Part shown: positions 45,995-55,723 of the stretch, one piece after another
Layout of the letters: the number at the start of each line of letters is the position of its first letter
Numbering within the stretch: position 1 is the first letter of the stretch
Source: a virus
Taxonomy: Duplodnaviria > Caudoviricetes
Length of the DNA stretch: 57,738 nucleotides
IMG/VR virus record: IMGVR_UViG_3300008116_008172
Coordinates: 1 to 57,738 of that record
Reading direction: 5' to 3' (one strand)
Notes under the pieces: generated by a model
Seen by the model: only the letters and a program-made list of their open reading frames with translations
The model's database searches: none
Told to the model about the DNA's origin: nothing
Translations under genes and position numbers: made by a program

Positions 45995-48505
45995 ATGTAT
46001 CAAGCGATTTATTGTGATAAGAAAACAAGCATCGTTCATTTGTGGGACGATGAGCACGGCTACACAAATTTCAAATATCGTCCACATGCATACAAGAAAT
46101 CAAGGGATGGAAAATATACTTCCATTTATGGCGACAAGCTTGAGCGCATAGAGAAGTTTAATCCACGCGATCCAAAGCTATTTGAAGCTGATGTGCCTTG
46201 GGATACAAAAGTATTAATTGATGCATATTCAGACAGCGATGATGCATCCAAAAATCACAGACTAGCGGTGCTTGACATCGAAGTCGATTCTACGGGTGGG
46301 TATCCCAACGTTGCTGATCCAAAGCAGAAAATCACCGCCATTGCACTATATGATGGTACAAAAAATGTATATCATTGCTTTGTTCTTGACGAGGACGGTG
46401 TGGTAAAGAATGAGACCAAGGATGATCAGATAATAACTGCATATCTTGCAGAAGAAGATTTGCTTAATGCATTTTTGGAAAAGTGGGACCAGATCAAGCC
46501 CACTATCTGTACTGGTTGGAACATCGACGGCTTTGACTTTCCATATTTACATGCTCGTCTTGTAAAAGTTGTTGGTGAAGAAACAGCCAACAAACTCAGT
46601 TCGATTGGTATTTGTTATTGGAACAAGTACAAGAACAAGATGACCATTGCCGGTGTTAACTGCCTTGACTATCTACTTCTTTACAAGAAATATAGCGGCA
46701 AGAGTCTTCCCAACTATCGATTGGACACTGTTGCCAAGGAAGAGCTAAAGATTGGTAAGGTGGAATTTGAGGGTTCGCTTGATGATCTAAAGAAGAATGA
46801 CATCAACAAGTTCATTGAGTATAACTTGCATGACGTTATTCTTGTGAAGAAAATGAATGACTTGCTACAGTTCGTTGAACTGGCACAGAGCATATGTCAC
46901 GTTTGCCATACGGGATATGAAGAGTTTAGTGTGTCTAGTAAGATTCTTGAAGGAGCACTACTTACATATCTTCGCAGAAAGAAGCTCGTTGCTCCAAACA
47001 AAAAAGCACCAGAAGAAGATGCGGACAAAGATGATGATTTGGATGATGACGTTGGATTTGAAGGTGCGTATGTAAAAGATCCAATTCCCGGACGATATGA
47101 TTGGGTTTGCTCCGCTGATATCAACTCACTGTATCCCAGTGTGATCATGAGTCTAAACATCAGCCCTGAGACAAAACTCGGTGTGATCAAAAATTGGGAA
47201 CCAGAAAATCTTGTTAAGAAGTGTGACGAAAAGATTCATTTTGATAATGAAGTTTACACCTATGAGGATTTTTCCCAATTTATCATAGACAATAACTTGG
47301 CAGTAAGTGCTAATGGGGTTGTATATGACCAAAAGAAACTAGGTTGCGTACCAGACATTCTAAAGAAATGGTTTGCAGAGCGCAAAGAATTTCAAGGAAA
47401 GATGCGAGATGCTGACAAGGCGGGAGACAAAGCTGGTTATGCATTTTGGAAACGCCGCCAACAAGTGCAAAAGATTCTTCTTAATTCTTTGTATGGTGTA
47501 CTCGGCCTCCCTATCTTCAGATTCTATGATTTGGATAATGCCGCCGCTGTAACATTAACTGGTCAGGAAATCATCAAAACAAGCGCCAGATATGTAAATA
47601 ACAAGTTCAACAAGCGTTGTAATACCAAAGATAAAGATTATGTGGTATATATCGACACAGACTCTCTATATCTTGATATTAATTCTCTTGCCATCTACGA
47701 GAAAATCGCAGATGTAAAGCCATTTGCCATCAAGACCATTGGTGAAGTATCTGAAGATCTCAATAACTTCTATAAGGTCATGATGGTGAAGTTCTTCAAC
47801 TCCACTGACAATCGAATCAAAATCGCATCTGATGTAGTTGCACAATCTGCATTTTGGGTTGTAAAGAAGAGATATGCCATGTTGAAGGTATACAACATGG
47901 AACTTAACAAGGACATTAATGATATTGAAATTAAAGGTCTTGACGTTGTTCGCTCAAGTTATCCCAAGAAGTTCAGAGACTTCATGAAGGGCATTCTTAC
48001 AGATATTCTCAAAGGTGTGTCAAACGACGAAGTAAATAAGAAGATTATTGAATTCAAAAGCAAGATGAATGAGTTTGCTATCGAAGATATCGCCAAGAAT
48101 ACTTCAGTAAAATTTATCAGTAACACAGAAGCACAGACAAACTTCAATCCTACCAACCGAGAACTATTTCAATTTGTAGATGGATCAACCGCACAATGTA
48201 AGGCAGCACTGGCATACAATGATATGCTCAAGAAATATAATCTATCTGAAACAGAGCCTATTATGCATGGTGGTAAGATCAAATGGGTGTATCTTAAAAA
48301 CAATCCATATGGTCTTGATGGTATGGCATTTAAGGATGATGGAAAAGATCCAAAGGAGATCATGAACTTTATCAACAACAATATTGATAGAAATCGTATT
48401 TGGGATGCCGAACTAGAAAAGAAAATTGCAGATTTCTACACAGCAATGAGATGGCAAATGTATAGTGAAAATGCCGCCGCCATTGATGAGTTCTTCAGTT
48501 TCTGA
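45995..48505 (+). CDS. Family-B DNA polymerase (T4 gp43-like)
   Basis: Exo DIEVD, GWNIDGFDFPY, YNLHD; Pol DINSLYPS, KILLNSLYG, YIDTDS, KKRY. Confidence 0.95.
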   Translation: MYQAIYCDKKTSIVHLWDDEHGYTNFKYRPHAYKKSRDGKYTSIYGDKLERIEKFNPRDPKLFEADVPWDTKVLIDAYSDSDDASKNHRLAVLDIEVDSTGGYPNVADPKQKITAIALYDGTKNVYHCFVLDEDGVVKNETKDDQIITAYLAEEDLLNAFLEKWDQIKPTICTGWNIDGFDFPYLHARLVKVVGEETANKLSSIGICYWNKYKNKMTIAGVNCLDYLLLYKKYSGKSLPNYRLDTVAKEELKIGKVEFEGSLDDLKKNDINKFIEYNLHDVILVKKMNDLLQFVELAQSICHVCHTGYEEFSVSSKILEGALLTYLRRKKLVAPNKKAPEEDADKDDDLDDDVGFEGAYVKDPIPGRYDWVCSADINSLYPSVIMSLNISPETKLGVIKNWEPENLVKKCDEKIHFDNEVYTYEDFSQFIIDNNLAVSANGVVYDQKKLGCVPDILKKWFAERKEFQGKMRDADKAGDKAGYAFWKRRQQVQKILLNSLYGVLGLPIFRFYDLDNAAAVTLTGQEIIKTSARYVNNKFNKRCNTKDKDYVVYIDTDSLYLDINSLAIYEKIADVKPFAIKTIGEVSEDLNNFYKVMMVKFFNSTDNRIKIASDVVAQSAFWVVKKRYAMLKVYNMELNKDINDIEIKGLDVVRSSYPKKFRDFMKGILTDILKGVSNDEVNKKIIEFKSKMNEFAIEDIAKNTSVKFISNTEAQTNFNPTNRELFQFVDGSTAQCKAALAYNDMLKKYNLSETEPIMHGGKIKWVYLKNNPYGLDGMAFKDDGKDPKEIMNFINNNIDRNRIWDAELEKKIADFYTAMRWQMYSENAAAIDEFFSF

Positions 48506-48544
48506 TTTGACAGATCCATACTTTTCTGCCAATATTATAAGCAT

Positions 48545-49273
48545 ATGAATAAAACAAATCTGTTAAAGTTCATTGAACTATATAACCTCAATGGCACCGT
48601 TGAACGTGTCAAACTTGAGTCTGATGGTAAAAATCTCAAGACTGGGATTATTGCCGATGATCGCACAATGGCTGGTAATGTAAAATTCAATGGACTTGAA
48701 ATTGAAAAGGGTGAATATTGTATCCACGATACACAGCAGTTCAAAAAAATGCTAAGTATCTTGGACGAAGAAATCCAAGTTTCTGTTAACAAGATGGATG
48801 ATACTAGGGCAGTTAGCTTGTCTGTATCAGACAATAATACAGAATCACTCGTTATTCTTGCAGACAGTTCTGTTATTCCCAAGGTTCCCACGGTGAAGAA
48901 TGACAATAACTTTGACCTTGAAATTGAACTGACCGAGGAATTTGTTGAACGATTTGTCAAAGCCAAGAATGCACTTCCAGATGTGACTGCGTTCACACTT
49001 GGCATGAACAAGAAGGGAGACAAGGTCGAATTGGTGATCGGAGACGGAGACACGAACACAAATCGTGTGAGAATGGAAATCAAGCCCATTGATGGAAAAG
49101 ACAAGCCAGCCAATTCAATTAGCTTCAATGCCAATTACTTTAAGGAAATTCTACTCAAGAATCGTGGATCAAATGGTTCTGTTCTCAAGGTGAATTCAAA
49201 TGGACTTGCGTCTGTGAACTTCAAGACGCCTGAATACGAGGCCAATTATTATCTCGTCAAGATCAACAAATAA
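48545..49273 (+). CDS. Sliding clamp (gp45-like)
   Basis: 242 aa between polymerase and clamp loader; ends ANYYLV. Confidence 0.75.
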   Translation: MNKTNLLKFIELYNLNGTVERVKLESDGKNLKTGIIADDRTMAGNVKFNGLEIEKGEYCIHDTQQFKKMLSILDEEIQVSVNKMDDTRAVSLSVSDNNTESLVILADSSVIPKVPTVKNDNNFDLEIELTEEFVERFVKAKNALPDVTAFTLGMNKKGDKVELVIGDGDTNTNRVRMEIKPIDGKDKPANSISFNANYFKEILLKNRGSNGSVLKVNSNGLASVNFKTPEYEANYYLVKINK

Positions 49274-49280
49274 GAAACAT

Positions 49281-50234
49281 ATGAGCTTTTTAGTTGAAGA
49301 ACAAACTGAGCAAGAAGTTCGCCATCACACTATTTGGGCTGAAAAATATCGTCCAAGCAAATTGGAGGATTATGTCGGCAACGACACTCTTAAGGCCAAG
49401 GTAAATCAATATATTGAAACCAATGATATTCCACACTTGCTTTTGTATGGAAGCGCGGGAACAGGTAAGACCACACTTGCCAAGCTAATCACAAACAGCA
49501 TCAAGTGTGATGTATTGTATATCAATGCGTCTGATGAGAATGGAATCGAAACCATACGAGTAAAGATCAAGAACTTTGCTTGCAACATTGGATTCAATCC
49601 GCTCAAGGTTATCATTCTTGATGAGGCTGATTATTTCACTCCCGCCGCTCAAGCTGGACTAAGAAACATGATGGAGACATTCAGCGAGCATACAAGATTC
49701 ATTCTTACATGCAATTTTCATGAGAGAATAATTGAGCCGATTCATTCTCGCTGCCAATCATTTGGAGTTACTCCTCCAAGCAAGAAGGATGTCGCCGCCA
49801 ACCTTGTAAACATTCTCAAGAATGAAAATGTATCCTTTGACAAGGAAGGTGTAGTATTACTTGTCAATACTCACTATCCAGATATTCGCGCCGTGATTAA
49901 TACCGCTCAACGCAATGTTGTGAATGGTGAATTGAAGTTGGCCAAAGAAGATATTCTTGAAGGTGATGTAAAAGCAAAGATCATTGAAATGCTCAAGATT
50001 GAGGATATACACGAAGCATTTACTTCAATCCGCCAACTTCTTGCGGACAACAACATCAGAAACTTTGCAGACTTCTACACAGTGTTGTTTGAAAAAGTGG
50101 ACGACTATGCACCAAATAAGGCTGCGGAAGTTATAGTTATACTTGCAGACGGACAATTTCAGGACGCTTCTGTGGTGGACAAGGAGATCTGCTTCATGTC
50201 CACAATAATCAAGATCCTAAAATCAATCAAATAA
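49281..50234 (+). CDS. Clamp loader ATPase subunit (gp44/RFC-like)
   Basis: WAEKYRP, GSAGTGKTT, NASDENG, LDEAD, SRC. Confidence 0.92.
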   Translation: MSFLVEEQTEQEVRHHTIWAEKYRPSKLEDYVGNDTLKAKVNQYIETNDIPHLLLYGSAGTGKTTLAKLITNSIKCDVLYINASDENGIETIRVKIKNFACNIGFNPLKVIILDEADYFTPAAQAGLRNMMETFSEHTRFILTCNFHERIIEPIHSRCQSFGVTPPSKKDVAANLVNILKNENVSFDKEGVVLLVNTHYPDIRAVINTAQRNVVNGELKLAKEDILEGDVKAKIIEMLKIEDIHEAFTSIRQLLADNNIRNFADFYTVLFEKVDDYAPNKAAEVIVILADGQFQDASVVDKEICFMSTIIKILKSIK

Positions 50235-50237
50235 CAT

Positions 50238-50636
50238 ATGTACTCAGCAATTGTATTGGATGAAGCTTCACAGTTGAAGCTAGAAAAACTGGCAGAGGAT
50301 GTGAAAGTCAACGGTGTAAAACTCTCATTGCTGGTAAGAGACAGTGGATGGAAGGTATATAATCATCATATGACAATAAACATGGGCGAGTTGCCGAATT
50401 ACTTGAAACAGTATTTGGGAACAAAGCAAAAGCTTGAAGCAACACATGTAGGAACTAGTCCAATGGCAGTTGCGGTTCGTGTAACTGGATTTGAAAGCAA
50501 AAATAAAATTCCACACATTACTATGGCTGTGAATATCAATTCAGGTGGCAAACCAGTAATGAGCAACGATATTAAAGATTGGAAGATGCTTGAAACACCA
50601 ATCAAGTTACGTGGAGAAGTAAAAGAGCTTGTATGA
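50238..50636 (+). CDS. 2H phosphoesterase (cyclic phosphodiesterase-like)
   Basis: Two HxT motifs (HHMTI, PHITMA); YSAIVLD start; KPVMSN. Confidence 0.75.
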   Translation: MYSAIVLDEASQLKLEKLAEDVKVNGVKLSLLVRDSGWKVYNHHMTINMGELPNYLKQYLGTKQKLEATHVGTSPMAVAVRVTGFESKNKIPHITMAVNINSGGKPVMSNDIKDWKMLETPIKLRGEVKELV

Positions 50637-50851
50637 AAATAACAGATGCGGTATTATTCACTGATAATACAACCATTCGGTTGGAAGTGGGTGACAAAAG
50701 ATATTATCTCACCGAGAAAAGCAAGATATACAATATGCATCCCATAAATGTAATGGCGGAAGAAATCAAAGGTGATGAGCTAAAACAAATCAAAGATGCT
50801 GCAAAAAAGGGTGGATACAAAAACGACAATGAAGTAAAGAAGTGGTTATAA
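50633..50851 (+). CDS. Hypothetical protein
   Basis: 72-aa ORF, ATGA-coupled. Confidence 0.6.
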   Translation: MKITDAVLFTDNTTIRLEVGDKRYYLTEKSKIYNMHPINVMAEEIKGDELKQIKDAAKKGGYKNDNEVKKWL

Positions 50852-51556
50852 TCAACCACGTTTTCTTTTACCAAGAACAAAAGAAATACCAGATTCAGTG
50901 GGATAGAGCGACCACTCTATATTGTTCTTGTATAAACTTGCCAATCGTTTGTTTATATTTAATGTTCTTCTTTGGTCTTCCGTATATCTCAATTCTTTGA
51001 ATGTATTATCCAATACAGTCTTCGCTTCAATTAGTTTTTTATTATTTTTTTCTACGGAAGAAACATTGGTTTTAAAATACTCACTGTATTCAAATCCAAT
51101 ATGATTAGCCACAAATTCTATCCAATTATTACAATCTGTATTTACTACTAATAACTTTTCTGTTTTATCTTGGAAATGATTCAATACATTGTTATGATGA
51201 TATATTCTTTTGGATATCCATGATTTATATTCTTGATTGGTGGGTGGCCATTCAAATATACTGTTTTTTCTCATCACCCACATCCCATGTTTAGCTCTGC
51301 TCAATAACCAAGATTCTAATTCTCTGGTGTTTAGTATGAACAAGGATTTTGGATATTGCTTTTCAAGATTTTTAAAACTTATTGGATGGTTTTCTTTTAT
51401 GTGATTATCCCCATCACTTAGACATTGAACGGTTTCTATTTTGTTTTCCCAATCTGTAGAGTGGTATGAACTCAATCCCACTTTCATAAAGAGATGGTGA
51501 AAAGTGGTTGTGGCAGTCTTGTTGAATCCTATAACAAAAATTTTGCTGTACTTCAT
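50852..51556 (-). CDS. Sulfotransferase-family P-loop protein
   Basis: KIFVIGFNKTATTTF (PAPS loop); YPKSLFILNTRELESWLLS. Confidence 0.75.
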   Translation of the reverse strand: MKYSKIFVIGFNKTATTTFHHLFMKVGLSSYHSTDWENKIETVQCLSDGDNHIKENHPISFKNLEKQYPKSLFILNTRELESWLLSRAKHGMWVMRKNSIFEWPPTNQEYKSWISKRIYHHNNVLNHFQDKTEKLLVVNTDCNNWIEFVANHIGFEYSEYFKTNVSSVEKNNKKLIEAKTVLDNTFKELRYTEDQRRTLNINKRLASLYKNNIEWSLYPTESGISFVLGKRKRG

Positions 51557-51689
51557 ATAACCATGTATACATAGTATCAAATACAACAAGTACAGTTATT
51601 TATAACGATGTTAAATGTATTATGACTTCTATTTATTTGTTGAAGTCCGCATGGTGCGGCTAGAAAACTAAAATAGAAAGGTTTGATAT

Positions 51690-52550
51690 ATGCAAAACAA
51701 CGGCATTGAAATGACCGTCCATGTAAATGGACGTAGTGTAAAGGAATACACTCATCAAGGAATGAGTTTTATCGAAGCAAGAGATGGTACCAACTATACC
51801 ATAAAACTGAAAAATAATCTGGGACAACGGGCAATGGCTGTTGTATCAGTTGATGGATTGGATGTAGTAAGCGGTAAAAACGCCGCCGAAACAGATACAG
51901 GATATATCATTGATGCACACGACTCCATTGAGATCAAGGGATATAGAATCAGCGACAATGACTCTGCTGCATTTGTGTTTACAAATAAAGGCAAGAGTTA
52001 TGTACAAAATGTAAAAGGAGATGCACGAAATTGCGGCGTGATTGGTGTACGAGCATTTAGCGAAAAAGTAAATTGGATCATAAACACAGTGGGAACAACT
52101 ACACTTGGTTATAAAGATCCTATACCATATACGGTATATTGTAATTCATATACACCAACGAACACAATGGTTCCATTAACTGCAACTACTACTATTGGAA
52201 ACTCATCAACGTTTTTCAATAACGCAGTAAATGCATATAATTCACACACAATCAATTTATCAACGACGAGCGCAGCGCCGAGCGGCGTCTTTCGCAGCGT
52301 AACATCCGACAATACTAAAACCATAAATGTTTCAAACTTTGATACAGGAACGGGTTGGGGTAAAAAACAAGAAGATAAAATAACAAGAGTGAGTTTTGAA
52401 AAAGGAATACTTATATGTGAAATGACAATCTATTATGCGAGTAAAATTGCTCTTATGGAAATGGGAGTAGATATGTCATCAAAAAAGCAAGTGGGAATGC
52501 CAAAAGCTTTTGGTGATTATTGCAAACCACCCAAAGGTTGGGTAGGATGA
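51690..52550 (+). CDS. Conserved hypothetical protein
   Basis: VVSVDGLDVVSGK..GYII..IKGYR..FVF..CGVIGVRAFSE; GTGWG; TATTTAT at 51630. Confidence 0.65.
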   Translation: MQNNGIEMTVHVNGRSVKEYTHQGMSFIEARDGTNYTIKLKNNLGQRAMAVVSVDGLDVVSGKNAAETDTGYIIDAHDSIEIKGYRISDNDSAAFVFTNKGKSYVQNVKGDARNCGVIGVRAFSEKVNWIINTVGTTTLGYKDPIPYTVYCNSYTPTNTMVPLTATTTIGNSSTFFNNAVNAYNSHTINLSTTSAAPSGVFRSVTSDNTKTINVSNFDTGTGWGKKQEDKITRVSFEKGILICEMTIYYASKIALMEMGVDMSSKKQVGMPKAFGDYCKPPKGWVG

Positions 52551-52558
52551 AAATATAG

Positions 52559-52586
52559 TTGACAATGGTCCATGACAGTATAAAGT
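52559..52586 (+). promoter_or_regulatory. Sigma70-like promoter for RNA ligase (near-leaderless)
   Basis: TTGACA-N16-TAAAGT, 6 nt before the ATG. Confidence 0.6.
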
Positions 52587-52592
52587 GCTGTT

Positions 52593-53621
52593 ATGGACCG
52601 TAAACTAGCCTCAATCCAACTTATCAAGGAACTGACTCCAATATCTGGAGCAGACGCCATTCTTTGCGCCAAAGTACTTGGTTGGGAATGTGTTGTAAAG
52701 AAAAGTGAGTTTGCTGTTGGAGATAAGTGTGTATACTTTGAAATTGATAGTGTACTACCCATTGCAAGTTGGAATGATCATCTACGTAAGGAACCTGACA
52801 AGAAGCTGCGTGTAAAGACAATCCGTCTACGTGGTCAACTTTCTCAAGGTCTTGCTATGCCGCTTTCTATTCTTCCATCTGGTCAATATGAAGTCGGTAT
52901 GGATGTAACATCGTTGTTGGGTGTCGAGAAATACGAGCCCATTGTTCCTTCGCATTTAAGCGGAATGGTCAAAGGAAATTTTCCATCATTCTTACACAAA
53001 ACTGATGAAATCCGTTTACAGTCTGTACCTGAAGTATTGGATGAAATTGTGTCAAATAAAATTCCTATGGTTGCTACACTCAAAATGGATGGCACAAGTT
53101 TTACTGCGTACAGAAGAGACGTTGATTTTGGCGTGTGTTCTCGTAACCTTGACTTAAAGGAAACAGAAGGCAATGCTCATTGGAGAATGGCTCGCAAGCT
53201 CAAGCTTGAAGAAATTCTTCGTAGCGAAGATCGCAATCTTTGTATTCAAGGTGAAATCTGTGGCCCATCTATTCAAGCAAATCGTCTTGGATTGAAAGAG
53301 CCCGAATTGTACATATTCAATCTATTTGACATTGATACTGGAAAATATCTTGGATATGACGATATGAAGAACTTTGCTATCAAGCATCATCTTCGTACCG
53401 TTCCATTTCTTCATGTTGGTTGGTTCAATGAAATAGATGGTACCAAACGTTGGTCTGTAAATGACCTTTTGAATTTTGCCAATGAACAAAACTATGACAA
53501 CGGCACTCCCGCCGAAGGCATTGTTTGGCGTGCTGTAAATGAAACATACAGCGAAGTTCTCAAAGGTCGTCTAAGTTTCAAGACTATCAGCAATCGCTTC
53601 TTGGAGAAGTATAAGGAATGA
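52593..53621 (+). CDS. RNA ligase, DRB0094 family (OB-fold N-terminus)
   Basis: RKLASIQ..GADAI..LRGQLSQG; motif I KMDGTS; QGE; FDI; EGIV; SFK. Confidence 0.9.
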   Translation: MDRKLASIQLIKELTPISGADAILCAKVLGWECVVKKSEFAVGDKCVYFEIDSVLPIASWNDHLRKEPDKKLRVKTIRLRGQLSQGLAMPLSILPSGQYEVGMDVTSLLGVEKYEPIVPSHLSGMVKGNFPSFLHKTDEIRLQSVPEVLDEIVSNKIPMVATLKMDGTSFTAYRRDVDFGVCSRNLDLKETEGNAHWRMARKLKLEEILRSEDRNLCIQGEICGPSIQANRLGLKEPELYIFNLFDIDTGKYLGYDDMKNFAIKHHLRTVPFLHVGWFNEIDGTKRWSVNDLLNFANEQNYDNGTPAEGIVWRAVNETYSEVLKGRLSFKTISNRFLEKYKE

Positions 53622-53627
53622 TGTCTC

Positions 53628-54323
53628 ATGCCCATCATTATTTTCAAGTTTGATGACTTTACGCAACCAAATGAATATTGGGAATGTCTAATGGAATATG
53701 GTATAAAAAACAACATAAAATTTAGTATAGGAATAATTGGAAAATATCTAGAAAAAGAAAACCAAAAAACATTTGATTGGGTAAAACGATTTCATAATAC
53801 TGGTAATGTTGAATTCTGGAATCATGGGTATAATCACGAAAAAAATAATAAAGGACTTGAATTTTTTGGTACATCTGTTGATGAACAATATTCGAGCTTA
53901 GAAAAAACACAAAGATTGGGAAAAGAAAAACTTGGAATAACATTTTCAACCTTTGGTGCGCCTTGGAATACAACCGATGAAAATACAATTTTAGCATTGG
54001 AAAAAATACCCGACATAAAAGTTTGGCTGCACGGCGACGAGAGATGCAAAAGTAAAATATGCCTACAACCGTCCAGAATAGCGTGTGAATCTTTCAAAGA
54101 GGGAAATAAATTTTTTGTTGACTTTGAAACTTTCAAAATAAAATACAACACAGTTAAATCCAGAGAGTATTTGATACTTCAATTCCACCCAGCAACTTGG
54201 AAGAAAATGAAGGCGGTCAGAGAATTTTACAATATCGCTGATTACTTGAGTAGCAATACAGATATTAAATTTATGCTTCCTAGTCAATTTGCTGAGTTTA
54301 AATACAAGCCCAACATAGCATAG
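53628..54323 (+). CDS. Polysaccharide deacetylase / DUF2334-like protein
   Basis: FKFDD, EFWNHGYNH, FGAPWN, LQFHP. Confidence 0.8.
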   Translation: MPIIIFKFDDFTQPNEYWECLMEYGIKNNIKFSIGIIGKYLEKENQKTFDWVKRFHNTGNVEFWNHGYNHEKNNKGLEFFGTSVDEQYSSLEKTQRLGKEKLGITFSTFGAPWNTTDENTILALEKIPDIKVWLHGDERCKSKICLQPSRIACESFKEGNKFFVDFETFKIKYNTVKSREYLILQFHPATWKKMKAVREFYNIADYLSSNTDIKFMLPSQFAEFKYKPNIA

Positions 54324-54449
54324 TAGTGCGAAATAGACTCAGAAGCAAGACATAGTTATATAATAATTGTTTAAAAGTATTATTAGTTTTTATAAATTGT
54401 TCACGAACTTTATAGTATTATTAATCATATATATTATATCTATTATATA

Positions 54450-54923
54450 ATGAAAAGTCATATAATATATAATGTAATGCTGATAATGATACTGAGTATC
54501 ACTGGGCTTAAAGCAAGTGATATGGTATTTGGATTTAAGTCTGCAACATTTAGTGGCGCAGGATTTTCTGCCACGGCAATGACGATTGAAAATTTGGCAA
54601 GAACGCGCAAGCAATCCATAAAAGATACTGCTAAAAATGAAGCACAACAACAATTACTGATGGCACAAAATACGCCGTTAAACACGTTTATAAACAATTT
54701 ACAGGCCAGAATATATTCTCAACTAGCATCACAAGTCACAGATCAAATATTCAATTCTTCTGGTCAATCTTTTGGCGTAATTAATCTACAGGGCGGCGCA
54801 ACAGTAACTTGGCAACGCAATGGTGACTTTGCCACCCTTTACATAGTCGATCCAGTAAGTGGAAATACAACTCAAATAACCGTACCAGTCGGTTCGCTAA
54901 CACCACCACCACCAAACGGATGA
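54450..54923 (+). CDS. csgF: Curli assembly protein CsgF-like
   Basis: Signal peptide then ASDMVFGFKSATFSG; FINNLQARIYSQLA; GNTTQITVP. Confidence 0.85.
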   Translation: MKSHIIYNVMLIMILSITGLKASDMVFGFKSATFSGAGFSATAMTIENLARTRKQSIKDTAKNEAQQQLLMAQNTPLNTFINNLQARIYSQLASQVTDQIFNSSGQSFGVINLQGGATVTWQRNGDFATLYIVDPVSGNTTQITVPVGSLTPPPPNG

Positions 54924-55723
54924 AGAATTATGCAATTATCACCCTATCAATGTTACTTCTTTCAGGGTGTGCATCAATCAAGAGCAAACCTGATATACTA
55001 GAAGTACCAAAATCCCAAACATCTCCGATGGAGAAAGAGTTGGTTGGTATTCCACCAATTGATGGTCCAAGAATAACCATAGGAATTTATGCATTTGCTG
55101 ACAAGACTGGGGCAAGAAAAACCACAGACAATTATGCATCATTTAGTTCAGCGGTGACACAGGGAGCAGAAAGTTGGCTAATCGATGCATTTAGAATGGC
55201 GGGTAGTGGAAAATGGTTTCAAGTTCTTGAAAGAGTTGGTTTGGATAATGTAATCAAGGAACGACAACTCATAGCACAGACCAGAGAAAGTTTCCAAGGA
55301 AGAAATTCTGAAAAATTAGCTCCTATGATTTTTGCTGGAATAATAGCAGAAGGTGGTATCATAGGATATGATTCAAATATTTTGACAGGTGGCGCAGGAG
55401 CAAGTGTTCTTGGCATATCAGGAAACACACAATATCGTAAAGATGTTGTTACTGTATCACTTCGTCTCGTCAGTGTACAAACAGGAGAAATACTTGTAAG
55501 CACCGCAGTAACAAAAACAATTTCCAGTGTTGCCCTATCGGGCAATTTATTCAAGTTCTATGAACACGGCGTATTGCCCATAGAATCTGAGTTGGGTTTA
55601 ACCGCCAACGAACCAAACACAATTGCGGTTCGCAGTGCGATAGAAAAAGCCGTGATAGACATTGTTTATCAGGGCGAAAAACTAAATCTCTGGAAATTCA
55701 AAAAGGAAAGTACAACACCATGA
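54920..55723 (+). CDS. csgG: Curli secretion channel CsgG-like lipoprotein
   Basis: Lipobox LSGC; YAFADKTGARK, SSAVTQGA, WFQVLER, EGGIIGYDSN, YRKDVVTVSLRLVSVQTGEI. Confidence 0.92.
   Translation: MKNYAIITLSMLLLSGCASIKSKPDILEVPKSQTSPMEKELVGIPPIDGPRITIGIYAFADKTGARKTTDNYASFSSAVTQGAESWLIDAFRMAGSGKWFQVLERVGLDNVIKERQLIAQTRESFQGRNSEKLAPMIFAGIIAEGGIIGYDSNILTGGAGASVLGISGNTQYRKDVVTVSLRLVSVQTGEILVSTAVTKTISSVALSGNLFKFYEHGVLPIESELGLTANEPNTIAVRSAIEKAVIDIVYQGEKLNLWKFKKESTTP

Noticed and set aside
25439-48505. Inteins or group I introns in RecA, NrdA/NrdB and PolB
   Set aside because: Lengths are normal or short, and no intein splice motifs or inserted endonuclease domains were seen
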